Positions 15,869-24,453 of a DNA stretch of 32,000 nucleotides are shown one piece after another. The stretch is from Candidatus Saccharimonadota bacterium (GTDB lineage: Bacteria > Patescibacteriota > Gracilibacteria > UBA4473). Each line of letters begins with the position of its first letter. The stretch's first letter is position 1. Both the position numbers and the translations under genes were made by a program. Location: contig OZ245819.1 of NCBI GenBank assembly GCA_965228485.1, positions 390,001 to 422,000 of the forward strand, written 5' to 3'. Under the pieces are notes generated by a model that ran no database searches, was not told where the DNA came from, and worked only from the letters and a program-made list of their open reading frames with translations.

Positions 15869-17943
15869 ACTTGTGATCGGATATAATCTCTAACTTCCTT
15901 CCTCCAAATACCAGTCATTCCAAAGGGAATCTTTGAGTCTTTTGCAAACTGTCTCCCGCTTTCAACATTGTAATCTTCCCATGGGATAAATTCTATATGT
16001 CGGTGGGTACTTTCACTATCAAAGTAGCAAACATAAATCTTTCCTTGATGTTCAACCCCAAATAATAAATATTTTCCGCTGTAACGGAATATTTTTTTAC
16101 CAACTAACATTTCTGATTTTACTAATAAGTGAGACTCTGGAACGGATCTGGAGGTAGTATTTAGTCGAGTTGTTCCTGCTACAATTTCTTTAGCTACACG
16201 AGTAGCTGTTTCACTCCGCAGGTCAATGGCAAACCCATTCCCATGTCCATGTTTTCTTTTACTATGACCTCCTTCAGCCATTCCTGTAACGACGATAGCA
16301 CCTGGATCATCAGGACTATCGGCTTTGTCTAGAAGCTTGAGATCATTGAGCAAGGACTCAAAAGCTCCCAATACATCCTTTCTCATTCCAATTACCGCCG
16401 TTCTATTTCCTGCCGTAGACATCCCATCTTCATTAAAACCAACCCCAGATGATCTTAAAAAAATTCCCCGACTTTTAAGATGAGCTATAACTTTAGGTAC
16501 TTCTGATTTTGATATCTCTCCCTCATGACCTATTACTTCAGATAAATCGGTAACGAACTCTGACATCATTTCTCCAATCTCCTCTCGATAACGATGAGCC
16601 GTGAGCCCTGCAGCCGAAACTCCCAAGGCCGCTCCCCCTCCCTTAAGCACCTCCCTTCGCGTAACTTCATGGGCAGGTTTTTTCCCTTGTTTTTTGACTT
16701 CTTCTTTTTCATTTATAACCGCCTTCCCTCCTCTCCAACTTCTTTGAAGTGCTGTTTGAACATATCTCCAAACTTTATCAGCATAACGTTCTGAACGACT
16801 GGCTTTTTTTCTGAGTTTACTAGGGTTTTGTTTAGCCGTTTCAAATCCATTGTCCACCGCTAAACCACCAGCTGCTCCAACAAGAATGGGAACCCCTGTA
16901 TCGGTAATTCTATTTTTTACCCAACGAGAGGCTACGTTCACTGGACTATCAACCGCATCAATTTCAGCAAAAGCGAGTCTGTTTGTGTGACTTAATGATT
17001 TCGCTGCCCCTAGAGATTTAAAAACATATTCATTAGACTCCTCACCATATCGACTAAATTTACCACTAGTTCTGGCTAAATCTGCCATCATACTAAAGAG
17101 TCCTAGCTCTGTTTGATTTTCTATTTGTGCTACATCTGATAAAGAAAAATTATCTTTAAACCAGTGCATAATTTCCAACATTCTTCGCTCCCCTGTGTTG
17201 TAGGCATTGAGCATTGCTAGTGCTAAAAAATTATTCCATTGATCCTCAGATAAACCAAAACGACGCTTAAAGGCTTCAAAATCTAAACCTTCAACATCAA
17301 TGTTTAAATCTGGAATCTCCACACCATTTTTAAATACGGTATAAATTCTCTCATAATTATAAAAAGCCACTTTTGTAGAGGTCTTCAAACTCGCCATGGT
17401 GGTTGCTGTCTCTTTTGCTTCCTTGGCATAAACATCGGGTATGATCTGCCAAACAGTCCGTGCCCTTGATCGAGGATTTACTAGCCCATTATCAAACTTT
17501 GATTCTTGAGCCACCTGACCAGGTACAATTTTTGATAATCGCTGCCGTACAGGCTCTGGTATACGCTGAAAATTATCGAGCCATTCAAGCATAAACTTAC
17601 CACTATGCCGATTTCTTATCTGAGGCACTACAGTCTCAGTATCAGAAAAGAAATTACTAATAAATTCTGCACGAGTCTGATCCTCTGCCCCATTAACCGC
17701 TCTTTCTGACAGTTCTCTAAAATTTGGTTGTCCTTTCCTAGATCGAGGATTCCCATCATACTCGGCTTTAGAATGAGCAATTTTTTCTTCAGGATCTTCC
17801 AAAGAATCTAGCCGATGTTCATATCCAAACAAATCAGTCTCATTTACTAAATGATCTGCTCCCGCTCCAATAGCTAGTGCCCCCGCTCCAGCTGCAGAGA
17901 GTTGTAAAAATGACCTTCGATCAATTCCTGGTTTTTTAGACAT
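15865..17943 (-). CDS. Secreted/membrane murein hydrolase: Tat-type N-terminus, SLT lytic-transglycosylase-like domain, internal RR-hydrophobic segment, and C-terminal LAS/M15-like Zn-peptidase domain
   Basis: N-terminus IDRRSFLQLSAAGAGALAIGAGA. SLT motifs AQESKF...ARTVWQIIP...LNAYNTGERRM. Internal VTRREVLKGGGAALGVSAAGLTA (aa 427-449). C-terminal HGNGFAIDL (HxxGxAxD) and THRHIEF. Confidence 0.7.
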   Translation of the reverse strand: MSKKPGIDRRSFLQLSAAGAGALAIGAGADHLVNETDLFGYEHRLDSLEDPEEKIAHSKAEYDGNPRSRKGQPNFRELSERAVNGAEDQTRAEFISNFFSDTETVVPQIRNRHSGKFMLEWLDNFQRIPEPVRQRLSKIVPGQVAQESKFDNGLVNPRSRARTVWQIIPDVYAKEAKETATTMASLKTSTKVAFYNYERIYTVFKNGVEIPDLNIDVEGLDFEAFKRRFGLSEDQWNNFLALAMLNAYNTGERRMLEIMHWFKDNFSLSDVAQIENQTELGLFSMMADLARTSGKFSRYGEESNEYVFKSLGAAKSLSHTNRLAFAEIDAVDSPVNVASRWVKNRITDTGVPILVGAAGGLAVDNGFETAKQNPSKLRKKASRSERYADKVWRYVQTALQRSWRGGKAVINEKEEVKKQGKKPAHEVTRREVLKGGGAALGVSAAGLTAHRYREEIGEMMSEFVTDLSEVIGHEGEISKSEVPKVIAHLKSRGIFLRSSGVGFNEDGMSTAGNRTAVIGMRKDVLGAFESLLNDLKLLDKADSPDDPGAIVVTGMAEGGHSKRKHGHGNGFAIDLRSETATRVAKEIVAGTTRLNTTSRSVPESHLLVKSEMLVGKKIFRYSGKYLLFGVEHQGKIYVCYFDSESTHRHIEFIPWEDYNVESGRQFAKDSKIPFGMTGIWRKEVRDYIRSQV

Positions 17944-18024
17944 TCTTTACATTCTAAACCTTTTGTATAAAAAGAACAACCTAATTATTGACTTTTTTAT
18001 TTTAAATTGTATTGGATATATAAA

Positions 18025-19635
18025 ATGGTATTAAAATTAAGTAACCGCTCTCGGAGAGGCAGGCAAAAAAAAAGGCCGTCAAGACGTGATGTCTTAGGAG
18101 GAATAGCAGGATTTGGTGTGGCTAACACGCTTAAAGCAACTCCGGCAGCTGTAACAGGTATTGTTTCTGGAGCAGCTGTTAGCGATTTAACTGAAGGAGC
18201 TGGAATCCTTACCGATGACTGGGTCATTGAGCCAATCGAGGACCTCATGAATACAGGCGTTGCCCCTGGAGGAGAAAAGTTAATTGGATCTCCTTATGTA
18301 GACAGACGAATTGAAGGAAAAAAACGAAGAAGAAGAAACAAGTATCTTAGTATTAAAAACAATACTGCTGCCGCAAGGGTTGGGACTATAGATCGAAGAA
18401 GTCGACTAGAATATGCTCAGGATATTTTTGAAGGGGCAGCGCTTCCTGAAACCTTACAAGAATTACTCCCCTATGTTCCATTTCAAGAATCTAGTTATCG
18501 TTTAAATGCGAACAGTGGCGTAGCTCTTGGGCCTTGGCAATTTAGAAAATCAACAGGAGCAAAATATGGTCTCGTTAGAGGCGGGAAAGACTATCGAAAA
18601 CACTTCACACGATCTACAGAAGCCGCAAAAGACTACTTTGAAGACATTTATCAAAAACTCAAAGGAAATAAACACTACCAAATACTCAAAAGACGTTACG
18701 GGCTGGGAAGTGTCTTTTTGGAATTAATAACCGTAAATGCCTACAACTCTGGAGAAGGTCATATGGAGCGCGCTTTAGAGGTAATGGCGACTCATAAATC
18801 TGCTCGAGCACATGTGGATAAGTTTGGTCGTGGAGGAGATCTTAGTTTATTTGAATACCTCACTCGAGAATACATCAAACATTACAAGAGATACCAACAA
18901 GGTCCTCCTTACTATCACAAAGAATCTGCCGATTATGTCTACAACATCATTGCTTATCGAGATTTAGACAAAGGAAATGATCTCCTAGCCAGTGTTAGTA
19001 ATGGAGTCACAAGACTGCCTTCTGTTGGAGAACTTGCTGGGGACAACCCTGAGGTCGTTGGAGCCTTGGGAGGAGCCGCTACTTATAGAGCTGGGAAAAA
19101 ATTTTTTGGGAAAGAAAATTTCTTCAGTCGGAGAGGCGCTCTCAAAACGCTTGCGGCCAGTGTAAGTGGAGCTGTTGGTGGACATTTAGGCTGGACTCGA
19201 GTAGCTGATAATACCAAACACTACGGAGGAAAAGCTCTGGATCTGGTAGATGAATACATTGATTTTGATATGCCGAAAGAATTCTTTGGTGAAGTAGTAA
19301 ACAATTTTAACGCTGGAGATATTACCAAGCACCTTGGTGATATTAGAGCCCTTGCCAATCAATCTGGAATTACACTAGAAACTGATGTTGTGGAGTCGAA
19401 AAACTATCCTTTCAACCAAAGAATGGGAGATGCTGCTTTTGAAAAATTCCAAGAAAGTGGAGAAGAAAAATATCTTCAACTTTCTTACTACTATTATCAA
19501 CGAGCCCTACAACTCGCAGAAGCCCAAAAATCTGGTAAATATAAACTACCAGACGGTGGGATGGCAAAAATCCGAGAACGAATTAATTACTGTAAACACG
19601 CCCTTGAAATAATCGGTGCTGAATTCAGACATTAG
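18025..19635 (+). CDS. Secreted/membrane SLT lytic-transglycosylase-like protein, paralog of the divergent neighbour, with unknown helical C-terminal domain
   Basis: N-terminus PSRRDVLGGIAGFGVA. SLT motifs FQESSYRLNANSGVALGPWQF and VNAYNSGEGHM. Internal FSRRGALKTLAASVSGAVGG (nt 19126-19182). The track start TTG 18007 is less likely than ATG 18025. Confidence 0.7.
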   Translation: MVLKLSNRSRRGRQKKRPSRRDVLGGIAGFGVANTLKATPAAVTGIVSGAAVSDLTEGAGILTDDWVIEPIEDLMNTGVAPGGEKLIGSPYVDRRIEGKKRRRRNKYLSIKNNTAAARVGTIDRRSRLEYAQDIFEGAALPETLQELLPYVPFQESSYRLNANSGVALGPWQFRKSTGAKYGLVRGGKDYRKHFTRSTEAAKDYFEDIYQKLKGNKHYQILKRRYGLGSVFLELITVNAYNSGEGHMERALEVMATHKSARAHVDKFGRGGDLSLFEYLTREYIKHYKRYQQGPPYYHKESADYVYNIIAYRDLDKGNDLLASVSNGVTRLPSVGELAGDNPEVVGALGGAATYRAGKKFFGKENFFSRRGALKTLAASVSGAVGGHLGWTRVADNTKHYGGKALDLVDEYIDFDMPKEFFGEVVNNFNAGDITKHLGDIRALANQSGITLETDVVESKNYPFNQRMGDAAFEKFQESGEEKYLQLSYYYYQRALQLAEAQKSGKYKLPDGGMAKIRERINYCKHALEIIGAEFRH

Positions 19636-19636
19636 A

Positions 19637-19664
19637 TTGACAATAAAGGAAAAATCCACAGAAT
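19637..19664 (+). promoter_or_regulatory. Candidate promoter of the leu operon leader
   Basis: TTGACA (19637-19642), a 16 nt spacer, then CAGAAT (19659-19664). This would put the transcription start only a few nt before the leader ATG, giving a near-leaderless mRNA, so confidence is low. Confidence 0.3.
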
Positions 19665-19674
19665 CAGAGTGTTA

Positions 19675-19731
19675 ATGAAAAATACTCTACTCACTCTCCT
19701 ACTCCTTCGACTCGAATATCGAGCGGTTTAG
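19675..19731 (+). CDS. leuL: Leucine-rich leader peptide (18 codons) of the leu operon
   Basis: ATG 19675 ... TAG 19729-19731 encodes MKNTLLTLLLLRLEYRAV. Seven of the 18 codons are CUN Leu codons. It lies about 95 nt upstream of leuA and just before a terminator-like hairpin. Confidence 0.55.
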   Translation: MKNTLLTLLLLRLEYRAV

Positions 19732-19761
19732 GTGTGTAGAAAACTTTCGCCAAAACATCCG

Positions 19762-19797
19762 AAACTGCTCGAAAAATTAAATAGAGCGGTTTTTTTT
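19762..19797 (+). terminator. Attenuator terminator upstream of leuA
   Basis: AAACTGCTC (19762-19770) pairs with GAGCGGTTT (19784-19792, one G.U pair), followed by a T run to 19797. The same left arm can instead pair with TCGAGCGGTTT (19719-19729) at the end of the leader ORF. Confidence 0.5.
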
Positions 19798-19826
19798 ATT
19801 TTAAACCTCATTATACTGCGATAAAA

Positions 19827-21344
19827 ATGAACAACTACGTTAAAATTTTCGATACTACCTTACGAGATGGAGAACAATCTCCAGGATTCTCAATGAATAC
19901 CGAAGAAAAGGTTCGTTTAGCTCTACAGTTAGAACGGCTTGGTATTGATGTTATGGAAGCTGGATTTCCAGCCGCCTCTCCAGACGACTTTAAAGCTGTT
20001 GAAAGAATCGCTAAAGCCATAAAAAATGTAGAAGTTTGTGGGCTATCCCGAGCTATGGAATCAGATATTCAAACTACTTGGGAGGCTATTAAAGCCGCTG
20101 AAAAACCTAGAATTCATACCTTTATTGCAACAAGCCCTATCCATATGGAATACAAACTCAAAAAGACTCCTGATCAAGTAGTTGAAATGGCGGTTAATGC
20201 GGTAAAGCTAGCAAAATCTCTTTGTGATCGAGTCGATTTTTCTCCCGAAGACGGAGGGCGTTCTGATCGAGACTTTTTAGTACGAATTTTAGGCGCTGTA
20301 ATTGAGGCTGGGGCTGACACCATTAATATACCCGATACGGTTGGATATTTAACTCCTGAAGAGTTTGGTGACCTTATAAAATACCTGGTTGAAAATACTC
20401 CCGGAGGTGACCAAGTTATCTGGTCAACTCACTGTCACGACGACTTAGGATTAGCAGTTGCAAACAGCCTATCAGGCGTGAGAAATGGTGCTAGACAGAT
20501 TGAATGTACAGTAAATGGAATTGGAGAAAGAGCTGGAAATGCCTCACTTGAAGAAGTAGTAATGGCCCTTAAAACACGAGCAGACTTTTATGACTTAGAA
20601 ACTGGCGTTAAAACAACTGAAATCTATCAAACTTCAAAACTACTGGAACAAATCACGGGACAGAAAGTGCAACCCAACAAAGCCATTGTTGGACGAAATG
20701 CTTTTGCTCATGAATCGGGCATTCATCAACATGGCATGCTTGCTCACAGGGAAACTTATGAAATTATGACACCAGAGTCAGTTGGAATGGCCAAAACAGA
20801 AATGGTGCTAGGAAAACACTCTGGACGAGCGGCCCTAGGAAACCGATTAACTGAACTTGGATATCAACTATCAGACGAACAGTTAAATGATATTTTTACT
20901 GATTTCAAACGGTTGGCCGATAAGAAAAAAGAAATTGCTGATCAGGATCTTATGATCTTAGTTATGGGCGAAGAAGCTCACAAAAACCATATCTGGGAGC
21001 TAGGATCTTTTGAGGTCGGTTCTGGTGGAGAAAACACTCCATTTGCAGCCGTAACTCTACAAAATATTGAAACTGGAGAGACTCAATCGGCAAAAGAAAC
21101 TGGAACAGGAATGGTCGATGGTGCCTATGCTTGTATTAAAGAAATCTGTGGTGATCACGGAACTTTAATTGAATTCACTATGGATGCGGTGACCGCTGGA
21201 ATCGATGCCCAAGCGGTAGTAAATGTTCGTATTAAACAAGAAAATGGACGAGTTATTACCGGACGTGCTGGAGACACCGATATCATAAAAGCTGCAATTC
21301 TTGCTTATCTAGAAGTGGTGAATAAAGCGCTTTCTGAAAAATAA
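19827..21344 (+). CDS. leuA: 2-isopropylmalate synthase
   Basis: IFDTTLRDGEQSPG, HCHDDLGLAVANSL, AHESGIHQHG and a C-terminal LeuA dimerisation/regulatory domain. 505 aa. Confidence 0.93.
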   Translation: MNNYVKIFDTTLRDGEQSPGFSMNTEEKVRLALQLERLGIDVMEAGFPAASPDDFKAVERIAKAIKNVEVCGLSRAMESDIQTTWEAIKAAEKPRIHTFIATSPIHMEYKLKKTPDQVVEMAVNAVKLAKSLCDRVDFSPEDGGRSDRDFLVRILGAVIEAGADTINIPDTVGYLTPEEFGDLIKYLVENTPGGDQVIWSTHCHDDLGLAVANSLSGVRNGARQIECTVNGIGERAGNASLEEVVMALKTRADFYDLETGVKTTEIYQTSKLLEQITGQKVQPNKAIVGRNAFAHESGIHQHGMLAHRETYEIMTPESVGMAKTEMVLGKHSGRAALGNRLTELGYQLSDEQLNDIFTDFKRLADKKKEIADQDLMILVMGEEAHKNHIWELGSFEVGSGGENTPFAAVTLQNIETGETQSAKETGTGMVDGAYACIKEICGDHGTLIEFTMDAVTAGIDAQAVVNVRIKQENGRVITGRAGDTDIIKAAILAYLEVVNKALSEK

Positions 21345-21352
21345 ACTTACTA

Positions 21353-22726
21353 ATGAATAAAAACGAATTACCAGAACTATTAATGCCCGCGGGAGATATT
21401 GATAAAGCCTATACAGCTTTTCGATACGGAGCTGATGCTATCTATTGTGGAGTGGCAATGTTCTCTCTGCGAACCAGAGAAAATGTCTTCACCGAAGAAA
21501 ACATAAAAGAAATTGTTGAGTTCGCTCATAAAAACGGAAAGAAAGTTTATGTAACACTAAATGCCTTTCCTCATGAGTTTATGATGAAAATGTACGAAAA
21601 ACATCTGCTTTTCTTAGAAGCTATAAAACCTGATGGAATTATTTTTGCCGACCTTGGAGTTTTGGCTCTAGCTAATGAATTTGCTCCTAGTGTCCCAAAG
21701 CACTTATCAGTCCAGACTTCTACCATGAATATCCCAGCCATTAAACAATGGCAATCTATGGGAGTCGAACGAATTATTTGTGCTCGAGAAATGGCTATCA
21801 AAGAAGTGGCTCGTATTCATAAAGCTATTCCAGAAATGGAGCTAGAATACTTTGTTCATGGAGCCGTCTGCATGGCCTATTCTGGACGATGTCTACTCTC
21901 TAACTTTACTGGAGGAAGAGATGCGAACCGAGGCGCTTGCAACCATACCTGTCGGTGGAACTACCGAGTCGTCGATGATGAAAATCGAGAGGTAGACGTA
22001 TCAGACCATTATCAAGAAGGCACAGCACCAGTAGAAGGTGGATGTTCTAAGTCCATTCGAGATTTCGAGACTACAGAAACAATCGAAGAAGAGGAACGAC
22101 AAGGACAATTTGTCCCTGTAGAAGAAGATTTTCATGGGACACATATTATGAGTTCTCGAGACATGTGTATGATTGAATCTATGAAAGACATTCATGAATC
22201 AGGTGTTTGTAGTCTTAAAGTCGAAGGAAGACACAAGACCGCTTATTACGCCGCTACTATTGCACGAGCTTATCGAAAAGCCCTAGATGATGTCGCTGAA
22301 GGAAAAGAATTCGATCCAAATCTTTGGGATGAAATTCATGCGACCGCTAATCGAGGATTTTTTCCTGGTTTTTTGAATGGAAAACCAGTTCAGGGAGACA
22401 TCCAATACGAAGAGAATCGATCAACAGGGGTAAAAGAAGTTTGTGGACGAGTTGCTGGCTACGAAGATGGATATGTTCTCGTAGAAGTTAAAAATAGAAT
22501 TTTAAAAGGTAGCGAACTAGAAGTCGTAATGCCAAAAATTGAAGATGATTTTTGTTTTGAAGCTCAAGAAATGTTTTTTGGTGATGAACTAGTCGAAAGC
22601 CTTCACGGTGGAGATAACAATAAAGTAGCAAAAATCGCTTGCAAAACTTCTATTCCAGAAGACGTTTTCATTCGTCAAAAAACTCAAAATCCTGGACTAA
22701 AATCTAAACTAAAAGTTATAAAATGA
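21353..22726 (+). CDS. Peptidase U32-family protein (Fe-S, RNA/quinone hydroxylase-type family; TrhP/YegQ-like in length)
   Basis: N-terminus ELLMPAGDIDKAYTAFRYGADAIYCG, then the Cys cluster CMAYSGRCLLSNFTGGRDANRGACNHTCRW typical of U32 proteins. 457 aa. Confidence 0.85.
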   Translation: MNKNELPELLMPAGDIDKAYTAFRYGADAIYCGVAMFSLRTRENVFTEENIKEIVEFAHKNGKKVYVTLNAFPHEFMMKMYEKHLLFLEAIKPDGIIFADLGVLALANEFAPSVPKHLSVQTSTMNIPAIKQWQSMGVERIICAREMAIKEVARIHKAIPEMELEYFVHGAVCMAYSGRCLLSNFTGGRDANRGACNHTCRWNYRVVDDENREVDVSDHYQEGTAPVEGGCSKSIRDFETTETIEEEERQGQFVPVEEDFHGTHIMSSRDMCMIESMKDIHESGVCSLKVEGRHKTAYYAATIARAYRKALDDVAEGKEFDPNLWDEIHATANRGFFPGFLNGKPVQGDIQYEENRSTGVKEVCGRVAGYEDGYVLVEVKNRILKGSELEVVMPKIEDDFCFEAQEMFFGDELVESLHGGDNNKVAKIACKTSIPEDVFIRQKTQNPGLKSKLKVIK

Positions 22727-23046
22727 AAGAATTAAAAAACCTTTCAGAAAGCGAAAAAATAAACTATTTGATCACAAAAATTGATCAAATAGAAAAACAA
22801 CTCAACCCCCCACTTTGGCGAAAGTTTCTGTCGTGGTTTTTTGCCCATTTCTGGACGCTTTTAATTCTAGCCATTATGGGTTATTTTATGTGGCAGGTGT
22901 GGGAAATTGTCCAGCATGTACAGGACACTATTAATGGTTTTGAAAATCGGTTTACTGATTTCCGAGTCGCTATAGAAGCTCAAATCCAAAAACTACAAGA
23001 TCAAGCTTCACAGTTTGGTATTGATAAAATTAAATTTTGGGAATAA
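22723..23046 (+). CDS. Small membrane protein (107 aa), unknown function
   Basis: ATGA overlap with the U32 gene. One hydrophobic stretch (FLSWFFAHFWTLLILAIMGYFMW) flanked by coiled-coil-like segments. Confidence 0.55.
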   Translation: MKELKNLSESEKINYLITKIDQIEKQLNPPLWRKFLSWFFAHFWTLLILAIMGYFMWQVWEIVQHVQDTINGFENRFTDFRVAIEAQIQKLQDQASQFGIDKIKFWE

Positions 23047-23049
23047 CAC

Positions 23050-24450
23050 ATGACAAAAAATATTATCGACAAAATTTGGGATAAACACGTGATCGCACAA
23101 GACCCTGGAGCCCCTGATGTATTCTTTATTGATCTACAGCTACTTCATGAAGTTACGAGTCCTCAGGCTTTTCAGGTTTTAAGAGAAAACAATTTAGAAT
23201 TTGCCTGTCCTCATCGTAATTTTGCTACTCTAGATCATTCAGTTCCAACCGATATTAATCGATCTGAATACATTGACGATCAGGCTAAAACTCAAGTAGA
23301 AAAGTTAAGACAAAATTGCAAAGATTTTAATATCCCCGTCTTTGATTTCGGTTCCGGTAATCAGGGAATTGTCCATGTTATTGGTCCCGAACTAGGACTC
23401 ACCCAACCTGGAAAAACTATTGTTTGTGGAGATTCTCACACTTCCACCCACGGAGCCTTTGGAGCTCTAGCATTTGGAATTGGAACGACACAAATCTCCC
23501 ATGTTATGGCCACTCAAACCCTTTTGCTAGAAAGGCCCAAAACTATGAAAGTTGAATTTACTGGAACGCCCTCAGAACACTTCACCGCTAAAGATTCAAT
23601 TCTAGCGCTTATTGCTCAAATCGGGATTCAAGGCGCTAATGGACATGCTATGGAATTCTGTGGTGACTATATCAAAAACCTATCCATGGAAGGACGAATG
23701 ACTATTTGTAATATGAGTATTGAAGCGGGTGGGAGGTTTGGATTAGTAAGCCCTGACGAAAAAACAATTGAGTATCTTCGTGGCCGAAAACATGTTCCTG
23801 AAAATTATGAAAAGGCTACTGAAGAATGGCTTAAACTCGCTTCTGAAGATAAAGCAGAATATGACACCTACGTACACATTGACCTTGAAGGTCTTTCTCC
23901 TTTTGTAACTTGGGGAACAAACCCGGAACAAGGTATCCAGGTCACACAAAATATTCCTAAAAAATCAGATTTTGATGACGAAGCCAAAGCTTTTGCAGCC
24001 CAAAAATCACTCGATTACAATGGTCTAAAATTTGGAGAGTCGATCAAAGATACTCCAATTGATTTTGTCTTTATGGGAAGTTGTACCAATTCTCGAATTG
24101 AAGATATGAGAGAAGTGGCAAAGATCCTAGAAGGCAAAACGATTGCGGAAGGAATCAAAGCTTTTGTTGTTCCAGGGTCTGAGCAAGTAAGAGCTCAGTG
24201 TGAACATGAAGGATTAATTGAAATTTTTAATCAAAGTGGCGCTATTGTCAGAGGTTCTGGTTGCTCAATGTGCATCGCTATGAACGGAGACGCTGTCCCT
24301 GCGGGCTCTCGCTGTGCTTCTACCTCAAATAGAAATTTTGTAGGGAGACAAGGGCAAGGGAGTTTCACTCATCTTATGAGTCCAAAAATGGCAGCTATTA
24401 CCGCTATTACAGGAAAAATTACTGACCCTGAAGAATATTTTAACTCCTAA
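23050..24450 (+). CDS. leuC: 3-isopropylmalate dehydratase large subunit
   Basis: Aconitase-family motifs HEVTSPQAF, VCGDSHTSTHGAFGALAFGIGT, GSCTNSRIEDM and GCSMCIAMN. 466 aa. Confidence 0.93.
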   Translation: MTKNIIDKIWDKHVIAQDPGAPDVFFIDLQLLHEVTSPQAFQVLRENNLEFACPHRNFATLDHSVPTDINRSEYIDDQAKTQVEKLRQNCKDFNIPVFDFGSGNQGIVHVIGPELGLTQPGKTIVCGDSHTSTHGAFGALAFGIGTTQISHVMATQTLLLERPKTMKVEFTGTPSEHFTAKDSILALIAQIGIQGANGHAMEFCGDYIKNLSMEGRMTICNMSIEAGGRFGLVSPDEKTIEYLRGRKHVPENYEKATEEWLKLASEDKAEYDTYVHIDLEGLSPFVTWGTNPEQGIQVTQNIPKKSDFDDEAKAFAAQKSLDYNGLKFGESIKDTPIDFVFMGSCTNSRIEDMREVAKILEGKTIAEGIKAFVVPGSEQVRAQCEHEGLIEIFNQSGAIVRGSGCSMCIAMNGDAVPAGSRCASTSNRNFVGRQGQGSFTHLMSPKMAAITAITGKITDPEEYFNS

Positions 24451-24453
24451 GTC

